From contig CAVXWP010000007.1 of assembly GCA_963765495.1 (NCBI GenBank), forward strand, positions 480,001 to 544,000: DNA of 64,000 nucleotides. The letters run 5' to 3'. The notes under the pieces are model-generated. The model was not told the origin of the DNA and made no database searches. It was given only the letters and a program-made list of their open reading frames with translations. The stretch is from Blastocatellia bacterium (GTDB lineage Bacteria; Acidobacteriota; Blastocatellia; UBA7656). The position numbers were made by a program, and so were the translations under genes. This document shows, piece after piece, positions 39,971 through 49,718 of this stretch. The first letter of the stretch is position 1. Every line of letters begins with the position of its first letter.

Positions 39971-42742
39971 TCACTTCTTCACATTGCCGCGTTCGTCTAC
40001 GGGGCCGACGACCACGGTGGTCAATCTTTCCGGGTCGAGATATTTCCGCGCGACCCGCGTTATATCCGCGATTGTAACCGCGCGGATCAATTCGGGATAC
40101 TTCTCCAGATAGTCGAAGCCCAGGCCGTAGGTCTCTGCATCGACAAGGAATTCGGCTATCTGCGAATTGGTTTGAAAATCGAAAACGAAATTACCTGTCA
40201 AATATGCCTTCGCCGTCTCAAGCTCTTCTATAGTGACCGGCTCGGCGACTATGCGATGGATTTCGTGACGCAATCCCGAAACCGCCTTTTCAAGGTTTTC
40301 GGGTGCTGTGCCTATATAGGCGACAAAGCGCCCCGGATCAACACCGGCGCTCGCCGTGATGTTGCTGTATGTCGAATAGGCAAGCCCCTGCTCATCGCGA
40401 AGTATTCGAGGAATGCGCGAGGTAAAGCCGGGGCTTGAGCCTAAGATGGTATCGAGCACGAGCAGGGCGTAATAATCCGGGTTGCTGCGAGAGATGCCGA
40501 TGTGACCTATAAGAATGTTGACCTGTTCTTTAGGCGCGGCTACAAACCTCTCGATTGGTTTGGTCTGGCGGGTAGGTACCGGAGGCGGCGCGGGATTGAA
40601 CTCTTCCGCCTTTGCCCACGAGCCGAATGCTTCTTCGATCTTCTTTTTCAATTCGAGCGAATCTATATCGCCTACAATTGTCAGCACTGTGGCGTTGGGC
40701 ACATAGTAGCGCCGATAAAAATCGACCATATCATCCCTCGTCAACCGGCGAACCGTCTCTTCCAGTCCCACCGAGGGGCGATGTTGCGGATGCCCTTCAA
40801 ATACTATTTCGTTGAAGACATCCGAAGCCTGAACTCGCGGAACATCCAGCCTGCTTTTGAGTTGAGCGAGACGACGGTCGATATGCTGGCGGACTTTATC
40901 TTCCGGGAACGTAGCGTTTACGAGCAAATCGGCGATGATGTCGAGGCCGAGACCTACATCCTGAGATAGAAAAGCCGCCCGCGCACCGCTCTCCTGATAA
41001 TCTCCAAAGGTGGCGAGTCGGCCTCCGACCGACTCGACCGATTCGGCTATCTGCTCGGAAGTTCGGCTCTCGGTTCCCTCATCGATCAACTCTCCGACCA
41101 GAGAGGCGAGGCCCGACTTCGAATCGGGTTCGAATCTTGACCCGGCGCGCGCGATTGCGCTGATGGAGACCGAGGGCGTGGTGTGATTTTCCGAGAGCAG
41201 GACCGTCAGACCGTTAGCAAGTTCAAATCGCTCTACTTCAAGACGTGGCCGTGTGCTGTGACGGCTGTTTATTGATCGGTCATCTTTTCCCGGGGTATCG
41301 GGCGCGTGGGTTGAATTCTGCCCCGCGCCGGTTCTAAACGAAGCATTCTCCGAGATCGCGGATTCGGAATTTGAGGTTTGGGATTTGAGATTCGAGACAT
41401 CAGAGTCCGACTCTGATGTCTCGAATGAGTCTTCGTCTATCAAATAGCCGACCGTGCGATTGTCTTCGGTGAAATACTTTCGCGCAACGCGGGCAACCTC
41501 TTCGCCCCGGACCGCGTGAACCTCTGCGGTCAGCGCGTCGAGGTATTTATAACCCCGCGCGTATTCCGGTATGGACGGATGAAAAGCGATGGTTTCATAC
41601 TGTCCGAGCAGTATGGCCTGTTGCAGTGCGTCTTCGTGATTCAGCACGAGGCCCGCTTCGATCTGCCGTTTGGCGCGCTCAAGTTCGGCGCTCTCGACCG
41701 GCTCGCTTTTCAGTCGCTCTATCTCTTCATAGATGGCGCGCTCGACGGCTTCGAGTTCGAACCCGGGTTTCAACTCGGCCTGAATATAAAACAGCGAAGG
41801 GTCTATGTGATCGTGATAGCTTGCCCTGGCGAATGTGACCGACTGATCTCCTTCAACCAGACGCCGGTAAAGCCGCGATGTCTTGCCCGAAGAGAGCAGC
41901 GTCTCTACGATCTGTAGAGCGTGGGAATCGCTGTGGCCGACGGCGGGCGCGTGATAGCCTATCAAGAGGCGCTCGACGGGGGTCTCTTTTTTTACAACCA
42001 CGCGCTTTTCGCCGCGCTGCGGCGGCTCGACTATGGTGAGGTTCCTGACCTCAGGTGTTGCCGGGATGGAACCGAACAATTCGGTTACTTTTTCGACGAC
42101 TTCATCGGTGTTGAAATCGCCTACGATTACAAGCGACGCGTTTTGCGGATGATACCATTTGTCATAATAAGCCTTCATATCATCGGCCGTAGCCGCTTCC
42201 AGGTCTTCGAGCCACCCGACGGTCGGCCAGTGATAGGGGTGCTGGCGAAAGGCGGTCGCCCACACTTCGTTTTCAAGCGCCTCCCACGGGCCGTCAAGTC
42301 CTATGCGCAACTCTTCTTCGACTACACGTTTTTCGGGTTCGAACTCCTCTTCGGCAAACGTGGTATTGCGCATGCGGTTGGACTCTATTTCGAGGGCGGC
42401 CTGCCATCTGTCTGAGGCGAATGTAAAATAATAGGCGGTAAAATCCAGCCACGTGAAGGCATTGTTTGCCCCGCCGTTCTTTAGCGTTATCATATCTATC
42501 TCGCCCCGGCTGTAGCGATCTGTACCCTTAAAGAGCATATGTTCGAGGAAGTGCGATTTGCCGGTCTGTCCTAGCTCTTCGTTACGCGAGCCTACGCGGT
42601 ACCAGATGATCGTGGCGACCACGGGTTTGTCGTGAATCTCTTTTGTGATCAGCGTGAGCCCGTTTGGTAAAACCGTGCGAGTCACGCCGCGAGTGAGAAA
42701 AGATTGAAGCTGTGGTTCGATGTCTGATTCAGGAGTTTGCAT
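39971..42742 (-). CDS. M16 zinc protease (two-lobe PqqL-like)
   Basis: HFLEHMLFKGT inverted zinc motif; second, inactive lobe; start placed at MQTPE. Confidence 0.92.
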   Translation of the reverse strand: MQTPESDIEPQLQSFLTRGVTRTVLPNGLTLITKEIHDKPVVATIIWYRVGSRNEELGQTGKSHFLEHMLFKGTDRYSRGEIDMITLKNGGANNAFTWLDFTAYYFTFASDRWQAALEIESNRMRNTTFAEEEFEPEKRVVEEELRIGLDGPWEALENEVWATAFRQHPYHWPTVGWLEDLEAATADDMKAYYDKWYHPQNASLVIVGDFNTDEVVEKVTELFGSIPATPEVRNLTIVEPPQRGEKRVVVKKETPVERLLIGYHAPAVGHSDSHALQIVETLLSSGKTSRLYRRLVEGDQSVTFARASYHDHIDPSLFYIQAELKPGFELEAVERAIYEEIERLKSEPVESAELERAKRQIEAGLVLNHEDALQQAILLGQYETIAFHPSIPEYARGYKYLDALTAEVHAVRGEEVARVARKYFTEDNRTVGYLIDEDSFETSESDSDVSNLKSQTSNSESAISENASFRTGAGQNSTHAPDTPGKDDRSINSRHSTRPRLEVERFELANGLTVLLSENHTTPSVSISAIARAGSRFEPDSKSGLASLVGELIDEGTESRTSEQIAESVESVGGRLATFGDYQESGARAAFLSQDVGLGLDIIADLLVNATFPEDKVRQHIDRRLAQLKSRLDVPRVQASDVFNEIVFEGHPQHRPSVGLEETVRRLTRDDMVDFYRRYYVPNATVLTIVGDIDSLELKKKIEEAFGSWAKAEEFNPAPPPVPTRQTKPIERFVAAPKEQVNILIGHIGISRSNPDYYALLVLDTILGSSPGFTSRIPRILRDEQGLAYSTYSNITASAGVDPGRFVAYIGTAPENLEKAVSGLRHEIHRIVAEPVTIEELETAKAYLTGNFVFDFQTNSQIAEFLVDAETYGLGFDYLEKYPELIRAVTIADITRVARKYLDPERLTTVVVGPVDERGNVKK

Positions 42743-42889
42743 AATAATCATATCTTGAACGAAATAATTGCTGCGACAGTTCTGCCTGAGTCCCCCTTTC
42801 ATAGTTATCTTGCTTTTAACGGGCAAGAATAAAAATTGTAGTTGGGGGCTTGAATAACTGTCAAACCCGCCACCTGAAAGAATGAGTTG

Positions 42890-43117
42890 AGAGTTGCCAC
42901 GGAGGCAGGGCCATTCAGTTTTTGACTTGCGAGTTGTATGCGACAAAATGTTTGCAGGTTAATACGAACGAAAGGCGAGTGGGAATAGGCCGGGACGGCC
43001 TATTTCTATTTTCCAATTCTACATTTTGGAAAACTGAATGGCCCTGGCCACAGAGGCACCGCAGACACAGAGATTTTTATTCTTTTCTCTGTGTCTTTGT
43101 ACCTCCGTGGCAACTCT
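42890..43117. mobile_element. Nested MITE-like elements
   Basis: Outer IR AGAGTTGCCACGGAGG (42890-42905 / 43102-43117); inner IR CAGGGCCATTCAGTTTT (42906-42922 / 43030-43046). Confidence 0.75.
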
Positions 43118-43407
43118 TCTCTCTTAATAATCAGATACGCTTGAAAGCACCGCCTTAAAATTTGAGGGAAATCTAAGAGCCGAAGAGACTCGAACTCTAG
43201 TAAAGACTTGATTTCCGTCCCCTTGCTGTAGATACTTGAGCGTACTTGCGAGCCATCGGGTCATCAGTACAAATGTTGAGCTTTAAGTTTTGAAAAACCA
43301 TAGGAGCGAATCGCGCTTGTAGCGAGCCGGAGCCGGACGACAAGCGCGGCCATCGAGGAATATTACCTGATCATCCGCCTGAAGTTTGCGGCGCACGTAG
43401 GAGGCAA

Positions 43408-43776
43408 ATGACTAAGGCAGAACTAGTAGAAGAAGTGGCACGCGCGGCTGAGTTGAACAAGCGCGATGCCGAAGTGATAGTCGAGACTGTTTTCGATTCA
43501 ATCATCGGCGCACTGCACAAGGGCGAAAAGGTGGAACTGCGCGGATTTGGCAGCTTCCGCACTCGCGAGCGAGGCCCGCGCCGGGGAAGAAATCCGAAGA
43601 CGGGCGAGCCGGTAGATGTTCCGGCCAAGCGCGTGCCGTATTTCAAACCCGGCAAAGAGCTAAAAGAGTATTTTACCGACAAGCCGGACGGCGACCAGCA
43701 GACTCCTGGCGAAAGCGAGAGTGCTGCGGAAGCCGGCACACCCGACACGTCCAACAGCGGCGGCTTTGGCCTTTAA
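43408..43776 (+). CDS. ihfB: Integration host factor beta / HU-family DNA-binding protein
   Basis: MTKAEL, VELRGFGSF, GRNPKTG and PYFKPGKELK motifs. Confidence 0.85.
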   Translation: MTKAELVEEVARAAELNKRDAEVIVETVFDSIIGALHKGEKVELRGFGSFRTRERGPRRGRNPKTGEPVDVPAKRVPYFKPGKELKEYFTDKPDGDQQTPGESESAAEAGTPDTSNSGGFGL

Positions 43777-43798
43777 GCCACAGACCCGCCTGCCGATG

Positions 43799-43849
43799 CA
43801 ATGAACTATGGATAATGATACTTCACCTGTCATCATCCATAGTCCATCG
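43799..43849. repeat. Imperfect palindrome between convergent genes
   Basis: ATGAACTATGGATAATGA / TCATCATCCATAGTCCAT. Confidence 0.6.
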
Positions 43850-43862
43850 TTTCGACAGCAGT

Positions 43863-44276
43863 TTACGGCGATCTGCTCCGCTTGAAATAGAAGATAAACG
43901 CCGCCACGAAAACCAGGATCGAGGACGCGAGCCCGAGCCAGTACCAGACGGTCCATTCGAGCGGAAATATCCCCGTTGCATGTCCCGTGTCGGTGCGCTC
44001 TTTGTACATCAGGAAGGCGCTCAACCCGCCGCCCACCGTGCCGCTCAGAGCATAAACGGATGGGATGCGATCCGAGATAAAGCGCATCAGCCCGAGCAGA
44101 AACACCAGAAACATCATAAGCGGAATGAGCCACAGCACCGGGCGTGTGTGTCGCGCCAGGTCAAACCCGCTTGCCGAGTCTCTGGATTGATCGCAGCCTG
44201 CCTGTATCCAGGGAAGAAAAAAACAGATCAGGGTGAACGATGCTGCGCTCAGGTTTACTCGTCGCGCTCCGTTCAT
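43863..44276 (-). CDS. Four-TM hypothetical membrane protein
   Basis: CFFLPW...SGFDL motif; RBS AAGGAG before ATG 44276. Confidence 0.75.
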   Translation of the reverse strand: MNGARRVNLSAASFTLICFFLPWIQAGCDQSRDSASGFDLARHTRPVLWLIPLMMFLVFLLGLMRFISDRIPSVYALSGTVGGGLSAFLMYKERTDTGHATGIFPLEWTVWYWLGLASSILVFVAAFIFYFKRSRSP

Positions 44277-44353
44277 ATTCGCGCTCCTTTTATCCTTTGG
44301 CCGTCGCGCCACAAAGCGGCTTACTCCTTTTAGTTTGAATCACACCCTGGCAA

Positions 44354-44382
44354 TTGACAAATCGATTGGCGGAAAATAGATT
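44354..44382 (+). promoter_or_regulatory. Sigma70-like promoter of the cytochrome c gene
   Basis: TTGACA-17 nt-TAGATT. Confidence 0.5.
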
Positions 44383-44423
44383 GATCCTGCCACTATATTC
44401 CTGCTGAAAAAAATGATGGAGGT

Positions 44424-44855
44424 TTGAGTGTGGGTAAAGTTATCACTGCGGTTGTATCGCTGTTGTTGGTGAGCGGGTTTGCAACATCCGGGGCTCAGCA
44501 GACGCAAAAGAGCCGTATCGCGCGAGGCAAATATCTGGTCGAGCAGGCGGCGATGTGCGTAGACTGCCATTCGCCGCGAAACGAGCGTGGCGAGTTTATA
44601 CGTGAACGGTGGCTTCAGGGCGCGCCGCTCGATTTTGCGCCCATTCATCCGATACCCGACTGGGCCGATCACGCGCCTTCGCTTGTCGGATTGCCGCCGG
44701 GTTGGACCGAGGCCGAAACTATCAAGACGCTTGAAACAGGCATAGCGCCTACGGGTAAGATGTTGCGCCCGCCTATGCCGCAGTACAGGATGTCGCGGGC
44801 TGATGCGTCGGCGATTGTGGCCTATTTGAAATCGCTAAAGAGAGCGGGCGACTGA
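44424..44855 (+). CDS. Monoheme c-type cytochrome
   Basis: Signal peptide; RGKYLV..CVDCHSPR; PPMP axial Met. Confidence 0.9.
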   Translation: MSVGKVITAVVSLLLVSGFATSGAQQTQKSRIARGKYLVEQAAMCVDCHSPRNERGEFIRERWLQGAPLDFAPIHPIPDWADHAPSLVGLPPGWTEAETIKTLETGIAPTGKMLRPPMPQYRMSRADASAIVAYLKSLKRAGD

Positions 44856-44911
44856 CTATGTCAAACGACAAGAGATAGGTAGAGATGAAATTGTGTGTGA
44901 AGTGTTGAACT

Positions 44912-44984
44912 TTTTAGACAGGATTGACAGGATTAGAAGAGAAACCCGTTGAATCCTTCAAAATCCCGTCAATCCTGTCTAAAA
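44912..44984. repeat. ACAGGATTG-family palindrome between convergent genes
   Basis: TTTTAGACAGGATTGACAGGATT / AATCCCGTCAATCCTGTCTAAAA. Confidence 0.85.
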
Positions 44985-44995
44985 GTCGATCGCTA

Positions 44996-45226
44996 TCAGG
45001 CGCGGCCTGTGCCGTAGCAACTCCGGCCCGAAGACGAGCAGTTCCCCGGCTCCGCAAGTTTCCCGTCAGGCCCCAGACAGGTTTGGGTGTAGAGACACCA
45101 AAACAGCCCGTCATTGGTCGGGGGAACGTGCGGGTCGTGCTCGGCGAGGATGAATTGTCCCTTCCACCTGAGGCAATGGCAAAGGTCGGCGCGGTCCGTG
45201 CTGAATCGTTCGGCTTCTGTGATCAT
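44996..45226 (-). CDS. Small Cys-rich protein at the end of the Mo-enzyme operon
   Basis: CHCLRWKG, FWCLYTQTCLGPDG and C...RSCY motifs; 3 nt after the FAD subunit. Confidence 0.7.
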   Translation of the reverse strand: MITEAERFSTDRADLCHCLRWKGQFILAEHDPHVPPTNDGLFWCLYTQTCLGPDGKLAEPGNCSSSGRSCYGTGRA

Positions 45227-45229
45227 CTC

Positions 45230-46213
45230 TTAACTCCTTCCCGCGGCCTTTAGTAGCGCGCGTTTGACCGCGACTCGCGCGAGTTGAATCTTGTAGGCAT
45301 TGCGGCCCAGACTCTTTGCGCTTGTCACCGCCGCATCGCCCGCTGCCTGAGCCGTCTCTTCGTTGATCTCCTTGCCCGCAAGTAGCTGTTCGGCTTCCCG
45401 CGCTCGCCACGGCCTCGGGGCCACGTGCCCCATCACTACCTGAGCGTCGCTCACCCGATTGCCTTTCATCTTGAGCACGACCGAAGCCGCAGCCAGCGGC
45501 CAGTCGAGCGCCTCTTTCTGGCGCACCTCATAAGTCGCGCTCTTTGCTCCTCCGGCCACAGGCACAAGGATGTCTGTTACAAACTCCCCCGGGCTCAAAT
45601 CGTGCTCGCGGTCCTTTTCAGTCATAGGCGTGACGAAGAAACGATCCATAGCCACTTCGCGCTGACCCTTCGGCCCGTAAATTCTGACCTTCGCGCCAAA
45701 GGCAATCAGCGCGGGCGCAAGGCTCGAAGGGTTCACAAAGTAGGCCGGACCCGCGTTGCCCAGTATCGCGTGATAGCGGTTATCGCCGCCCGGCACAAGC
45801 GCCTCGCCGTCTTTATCTATGGCGAGAATGCCGTAACCGGCCCGATAAAACCAGCACCTCGGGCGCTGGCACAGATCGCCGCCCACGGTTCCCATATTGC
45901 GAATCTGAGGGCTTGCGATGCCTTCGGCCGCGTGCGCGAGCGCCCGGTACTGACGGGCTACGACGGGCGTGTCGAGCAGTTCCTGAACAGTCGCGAGCGC
46001 GCCTATTCTGAGGCCGTTCGACCCGATGGTGATGCCGCGCAGTTCCTTGATCTCTTTTATGCTGACAAGACGTTTGGGGCTGACCACGTCATCCTTCATC
46101 AGCGAGAGCAGGTCGGTCCCTCCGGCCAGCACCTCCGCCTCGTCCCAGCTTTCGCCCAGTAACTTTACGGCTTGATCTTTTGTCGCAGGGTTTGCGTATT
46201 CAAATGCGCGCAT
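45230..46213 (-). CDS. Xanthine dehydrogenase family FAD-binding subunit (YagS/PaoB-like)
   Basis: LAGGTDL and IRNMGTVGGDLCQRPRCW motifs. Confidence 0.92.
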   Translation of the reverse strand: MRAFEYANPATKDQAVKLLGESWDEAEVLAGGTDLLSLMKDDVVSPKRLVSIKEIKELRGITIGSNGLRIGALATVQELLDTPVVARQYRALAHAAEGIASPQIRNMGTVGGDLCQRPRCWFYRAGYGILAIDKDGEALVPGGDNRYHAILGNAGPAYFVNPSSLAPALIAFGAKVRIYGPKGQREVAMDRFFVTPMTEKDREHDLSPGEFVTDILVPVAGGAKSATYEVRQKEALDWPLAAASVVLKMKGNRVSDAQVVMGHVAPRPWRAREAEQLLAGKEINEETAQAAGDAAVTSAKSLGRNAYKIQLARVAVKRALLKAAGRS

Positions 46214-48347
46214 TGTTGCCTCCCTTCTCTTCGAGAGCCGCGAGCACTCGATCAGGTGTGAGCGGTAGCACAGGCACTCTCACCCCTATGGCGTTTGCAA
46301 CAGCATTCGAGATAGCGGCTCCGGGCGAGATCACGGGCGGCTCGCCGATGCCGATAACTCCGCGATCATCGTATTCCTTTGTCGTCATCATGTGGACCAC
46401 GAGTTCGCCTATGTCGCCGATGCCCGCCAGCTTGTAAAACTCCATGTTCGGATTCAGCATGCGACCCGTCTTTTGATCCATGATCTTCTCTTCATAGAGC
46501 GCGTAACAGACGCCCATAATCAGAGAGCCGTAGACCTGGCTTTCGGCGGTCTTGAGATCGATGATAAGACCGCAATCCTGAACGGCTACGAGCTTGTTGA
46601 TTTTGACTACGCCCGTCTCTATATCTACGGAAACATCGGCCATCTGCGCGCCGCCCACGCCGCTGCTGTTGAGGCGGCCCGGCCCGGGATTCTGACCGCG
46701 AACCGTGATCGGCATAGCGCCCATCTTTGCGCAAGCCTCTTTCCAGCTAAGACTCTGACCTGTGTTCCCAGCCACTCGAATGCGCCCGCCCACGGCTTCA
46801 AGCTCTTCGGGCTTTGCATTGAGCGCGGGCGCTACCTTGGCAAAGAGTTGCTCCAAAGCGTCCTGCGCGCCTCGACGAGTCGAGGCGCTCACGCCTCCGA
46901 TGGTAGTGCTGCCGCCCGACCCGCCCGATACGGGATAGCGGTTGTCGCCTATCATAAGCTTGATGGTTTCAAGCGGAAGGCCGAACGTGTCGGCGGCTAC
47001 GATCATAATCGCCGTGCGGGTGCCGGTCCCAAGGTCCTGCGTGCCCATCTTTATCTCTACCGAGCCGTCGGGCTGAATCGTCACATCGCATGCGCTGGCG
47101 TGACCGCCGCCGCCCCACGTGTGTATCGAAAGCCCGAGCCCGCGTTTCATATGACCGCTCGTTTTGTCGCCGCGTTGATGCCAGTTCTTTTTCCATCCGA
47201 TCAACTCGGCCGCTATGCCCAACTCTTCGCGATAGACCTCGCTGTTTCGCCCGGTCATCTCGATATTCTTCAGGAAGAAATCGAGCGGGTCCATTTCGAG
47301 TTTTGCCGCGAGGTCTTCGAGCGCGGCCATAGTTATCAGCGCCCCCTGCGGATGATTTGGAGCGCGCCAGGCGCGGGCCGGGCCTATGTGATTGACTATC
47401 GCCGTGTGCTGTTTGCGCTGGTTTGGAATGCTGAAGATATAAGGCAGAGGGGGAGAGCCGCCGCCGCCTACTCCACCCGTTCCCCACGACTCCGAATCCC
47501 ACGCCACGATCTCGCCGCTCTTTTTGGCCCCTACTTTCACGTGAGCGTAAGCCGAGGGGCGCGCTCCTGCCACCATCAATTCGGCATCGCGTTCGAGCAT
47601 AAACTTGACGGGTTTGCCGTCTGCAAGCTTCGACACATTTGCGCCTTCGATGCCCCAGCGGTCGGGTCCGAATTTGCTGCCAAAGCCTCCGCCTATGTGA
47701 TCCTGTTTGACCCGGATGTTCCCGGCAGGAATCTCAAGCGGCCCGGCCATCTGTCCAGCGATGCCCGAAACATTTTGCGTAGACATATGCACAAGCAGGT
47801 TCTTTTCGTCTTCCCATTCGGAAATCGAGCCGTGCGTTTCCAGACAGCAATGTGTGATTACCGGCACGCCATACGTGCCTTCGGCGACGACTTCGGCTTC
47901 GGCAAAGCCCTTTTGCGGGTCGCCTACCTTTTGCTCGGCGGTAGCCTTAGCCAGTTCGCCCGCCGCCTTCGGGTCGTCATCGAGCACCAGATGCGGTAGC
48001 ACCTCGTATGTGACTTTGACAGCGCGCGCGGCGTCTTCGGCCGTAGGCTCATCGACGGCCGCTATTGCCAGAATTTCATCGCCTGCCCACTGGATTTCGG
48101 TGCCCGGCCCCTGGGTTATCTTTATAGCTTTTACGCCGGGCATTCGTTCGGCCGCGCTTGTGTCTATGCTGATGACTTTTGCGTGCGCGTGCGGGCATCG
48201 GACTATCTTGCCCTGAAGCATAGCGGGCCGGTTCAGATCATAAGTGTATTTCGCGTGCCCCGAGACCTTTTCAGGTCCGTCAACGCGCGAGATGCGTTTG
48301 CCTATCAGCGACCGTTTCTCAGGTTCCGGCCATTTGTACTCAGCCAT
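46200..48347 (-). CDS. Xanthine dehydrogenase family molybdopterin-binding subunit (YagR/PaoC-like)
   Basis: RVDGPEKVSG, IGGGFGSK, AWRAP, QDLGTG and GIGEP motifs; start at 48347 after GGAGG. Confidence 0.92.
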   Translation of the reverse strand: MAEYKWPEPEKRSLIGKRISRVDGPEKVSGHAKYTYDLNRPAMLQGKIVRCPHAHAKVISIDTSAAERMPGVKAIKITQGPGTEIQWAGDEILAIAAVDEPTAEDAARAVKVTYEVLPHLVLDDDPKAAGELAKATAEQKVGDPQKGFAEAEVVAEGTYGVPVITHCCLETHGSISEWEDEKNLLVHMSTQNVSGIAGQMAGPLEIPAGNIRVKQDHIGGGFGSKFGPDRWGIEGANVSKLADGKPVKFMLERDAELMVAGARPSAYAHVKVGAKKSGEIVAWDSESWGTGGVGGGGSPPLPYIFSIPNQRKQHTAIVNHIGPARAWRAPNHPQGALITMAALEDLAAKLEMDPLDFFLKNIEMTGRNSEVYREELGIAAELIGWKKNWHQRGDKTSGHMKRGLGLSIHTWGGGGHASACDVTIQPDGSVEIKMGTQDLGTGTRTAIMIVAADTFGLPLETIKLMIGDNRYPVSGGSGGSTTIGGVSASTRRGAQDALEQLFAKVAPALNAKPEELEAVGGRIRVAGNTGQSLSWKEACAKMGAMPITVRGQNPGPGRLNSSGVGGAQMADVSVDIETGVVKINKLVAVQDCGLIIDLKTAESQVYGSLIMGVCYALYEEKIMDQKTGRMLNPNMEFYKLAGIGDIGELVVHMMTTKEYDDRGVIGIGEPPVISPGAAISNAVANAIGVRVPVLPLTPDRVLAALEEKGGNNARI

Positions 48348-48975
48348 TTCGCCGCCCTCCCTTTCTGTGGCTCGCGGCCTCGGCGACCGCCGCGCGGATG
48401 CCCATATACGTCCCGCAGCGGCAGAGGTTGCCGCCCAGTCCTTTTTGAACCTCTTCGGGCGTTGGGTTGGGGTTTTTGTCCAGGAAAGCCTTGCAGGCGA
48501 CGACAAACCCCGGGGTGCAGAATCCGCATTGCTGCGCGTCGTTGTTTACAAAAGCCTGCTGAATCGGGTGCAGTTTGCCGCCCTCGGCCAGCCCCTCGAC
48601 CGTAGTGATCTGTTTCCCTTGAGCTTCGACGGCAAGCACCGTACACGAATAGACGGGCTTGCCGTCGAGCAGGACCGTGCAAGCGCCGCAGGTTGCGCGG
48701 TCGCATACGCGCTTTGCCCCCGTGACATCAAGCTCGTTTCGAAGCGCCTCAAGCAGGGTCACTCGCGGCTCTACCTCCGTCTGTCGTTTCAGCCCGTTAA
48801 TGGTGAGCGAGATGGGCATCTTTCCCGGTCCGTAAACCTTTACCTCCGCGCCGGCGACTTTGACTATTCGATAATTCATCACCAGCGGGACCGACAAAGA
48901 GATGCCCGATACTTTCAGGAAATTACGCCGAGACAGGCCCGCGCCCGTCTCTTTCTGCTTTTCATCATCACGCAT
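48340..48975 (-). CDS. 2Fe-2S subunit with Tat signal (YagT/PaoA-like)
   Basis: SRRNFLK; CDRATCGAC; QCGFCTPG; NLCRC. Confidence 0.93.
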   Translation of the reverse strand: MRDDEKQKETGAGLSRRNFLKVSGISLSVPLVMNYRIVKVAGAEVKVYGPGKMPISLTINGLKRQTEVEPRVTLLEALRNELDVTGAKRVCDRATCGACTVLLDGKPVYSCTVLAVEAQGKQITTVEGLAEGGKLHPIQQAFVNNDAQQCGFCTPGFVVACKAFLDKNPNPTPEEVQKGLGGNLCRCGTYMGIRAAVAEAASHRKGGRRNG

Positions 48976-49011
48976 CCGTCGCCTCCAAGTTCTAACGCCT
49001 GCCCCGGCCTA

Positions 49012-49473
49012 TCAAGGCGCGGGCGCGGGCGTTTCTCTGAATTCCATTTCTTCGCGACAACAAGGACATGGCCCCGGCGCATACAACTTTATGTTGCAGA
49101 CTTCGCAAAAATAATAGATGTCATAGAGCTTGCCCTCCTTGATCGCTTGAACCTTTACTATTTCTAACTGGTCCTTCGCGTGAAGGCTGGCGGTAATTAG
49201 AAGCTCCCGCTGGCGCACTCTCTTATCCGTAAATATCGCGGCCATAGAATCGGTGGGTGAAAAGGTGTAAACCCGCGCGTCTTCGCCCACAAGGGCGAAC
49301 CTTTCGGGCGACTCCGGGCACTCGTCAAGGCGGTTGCCGCTCTGGTCCGTGCAGACGACTCTGCCCCGAACCTCTACCGGGCCGGATTTCTCTTCGGACT
49401 GACCGGCCGCCGCAAAAGGCGAGAGCAGAATCAACAGAAGCAATACCGAAAGAATGAGAGAGGGAAATCGCAT
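49012..49473 (-). CDS. Secreted hypothetical protein with C-terminal Cys cluster
   Basis: Signal peptide; GRVVC; YFCEVC..PGPCPCC..M. Confidence 0.75.
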   Translation of the reverse strand: MRFPSLILSVLLLLILLSPFAAAGQSEEKSGPVEVRGRVVCTDQSGNRLDECPESPERFALVGEDARVYTFSPTDSMAAIFTDKRVRQRELLITASLHAKDQLEIVKVQAIKEGKLYDIYYFCEVCNIKLYAPGPCPCCREEMEFRETPAPAP

Positions 49474-49718
49474 GGCCTGCCGCTTCCTGAAAACTATGTT
49501 GTGAAGCTCTATGGTTACGGATGAGGCACAATCGCGCTCCGGGCATCATTGGAATCCCACTGGAAACGGATGCGCGTGAGCGTCAATCTATTTACGTCTT
49601 GGTTACTTTGCTTGCCTCGGCCAATACCTTATCACACGGGCATTTTAAGGCGCAACGATTGGGCAGGCAGCCATTAAAAGAGAATCTCGTTTGATCTTTC
49701 AAAAACCTGTTAATCCTG

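Noticed and set aside
42841-42880. GGGGGCTTG..GTCAAACCCGCCACCTGAAAG resembling an IS200/IS605 (HEARO) end
   Set aside because: The halves are in the wrong order and short, and no tnpB/iscB is nearby; insufficient evidence
42743-42946. N-terminal extensions given by the ORF track (M16 protease, TonB receptor, DUF1028, hhyL, hypE)
   Set aside because: They run through repeats or upstream genes; downstream starts fit RBSs, signal peptides or domain boundaries better
46200-48347. Aerobic CO dehydrogenase (coxL) partnering the H2 oxidiser
   Set aside because: Lacks AYxCSFR; the Tat-bearing Fe-S subunit and motifs fit PaoABC/YagTSR-like enzymes
44990-49020. UGA readthrough at the ends of the Cys-rich ORFs 44996 and 49012
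   Set aside because: Each TGA is immediately followed by TAG, so they are true stops; this also argues against genome-wide UGA reassignment
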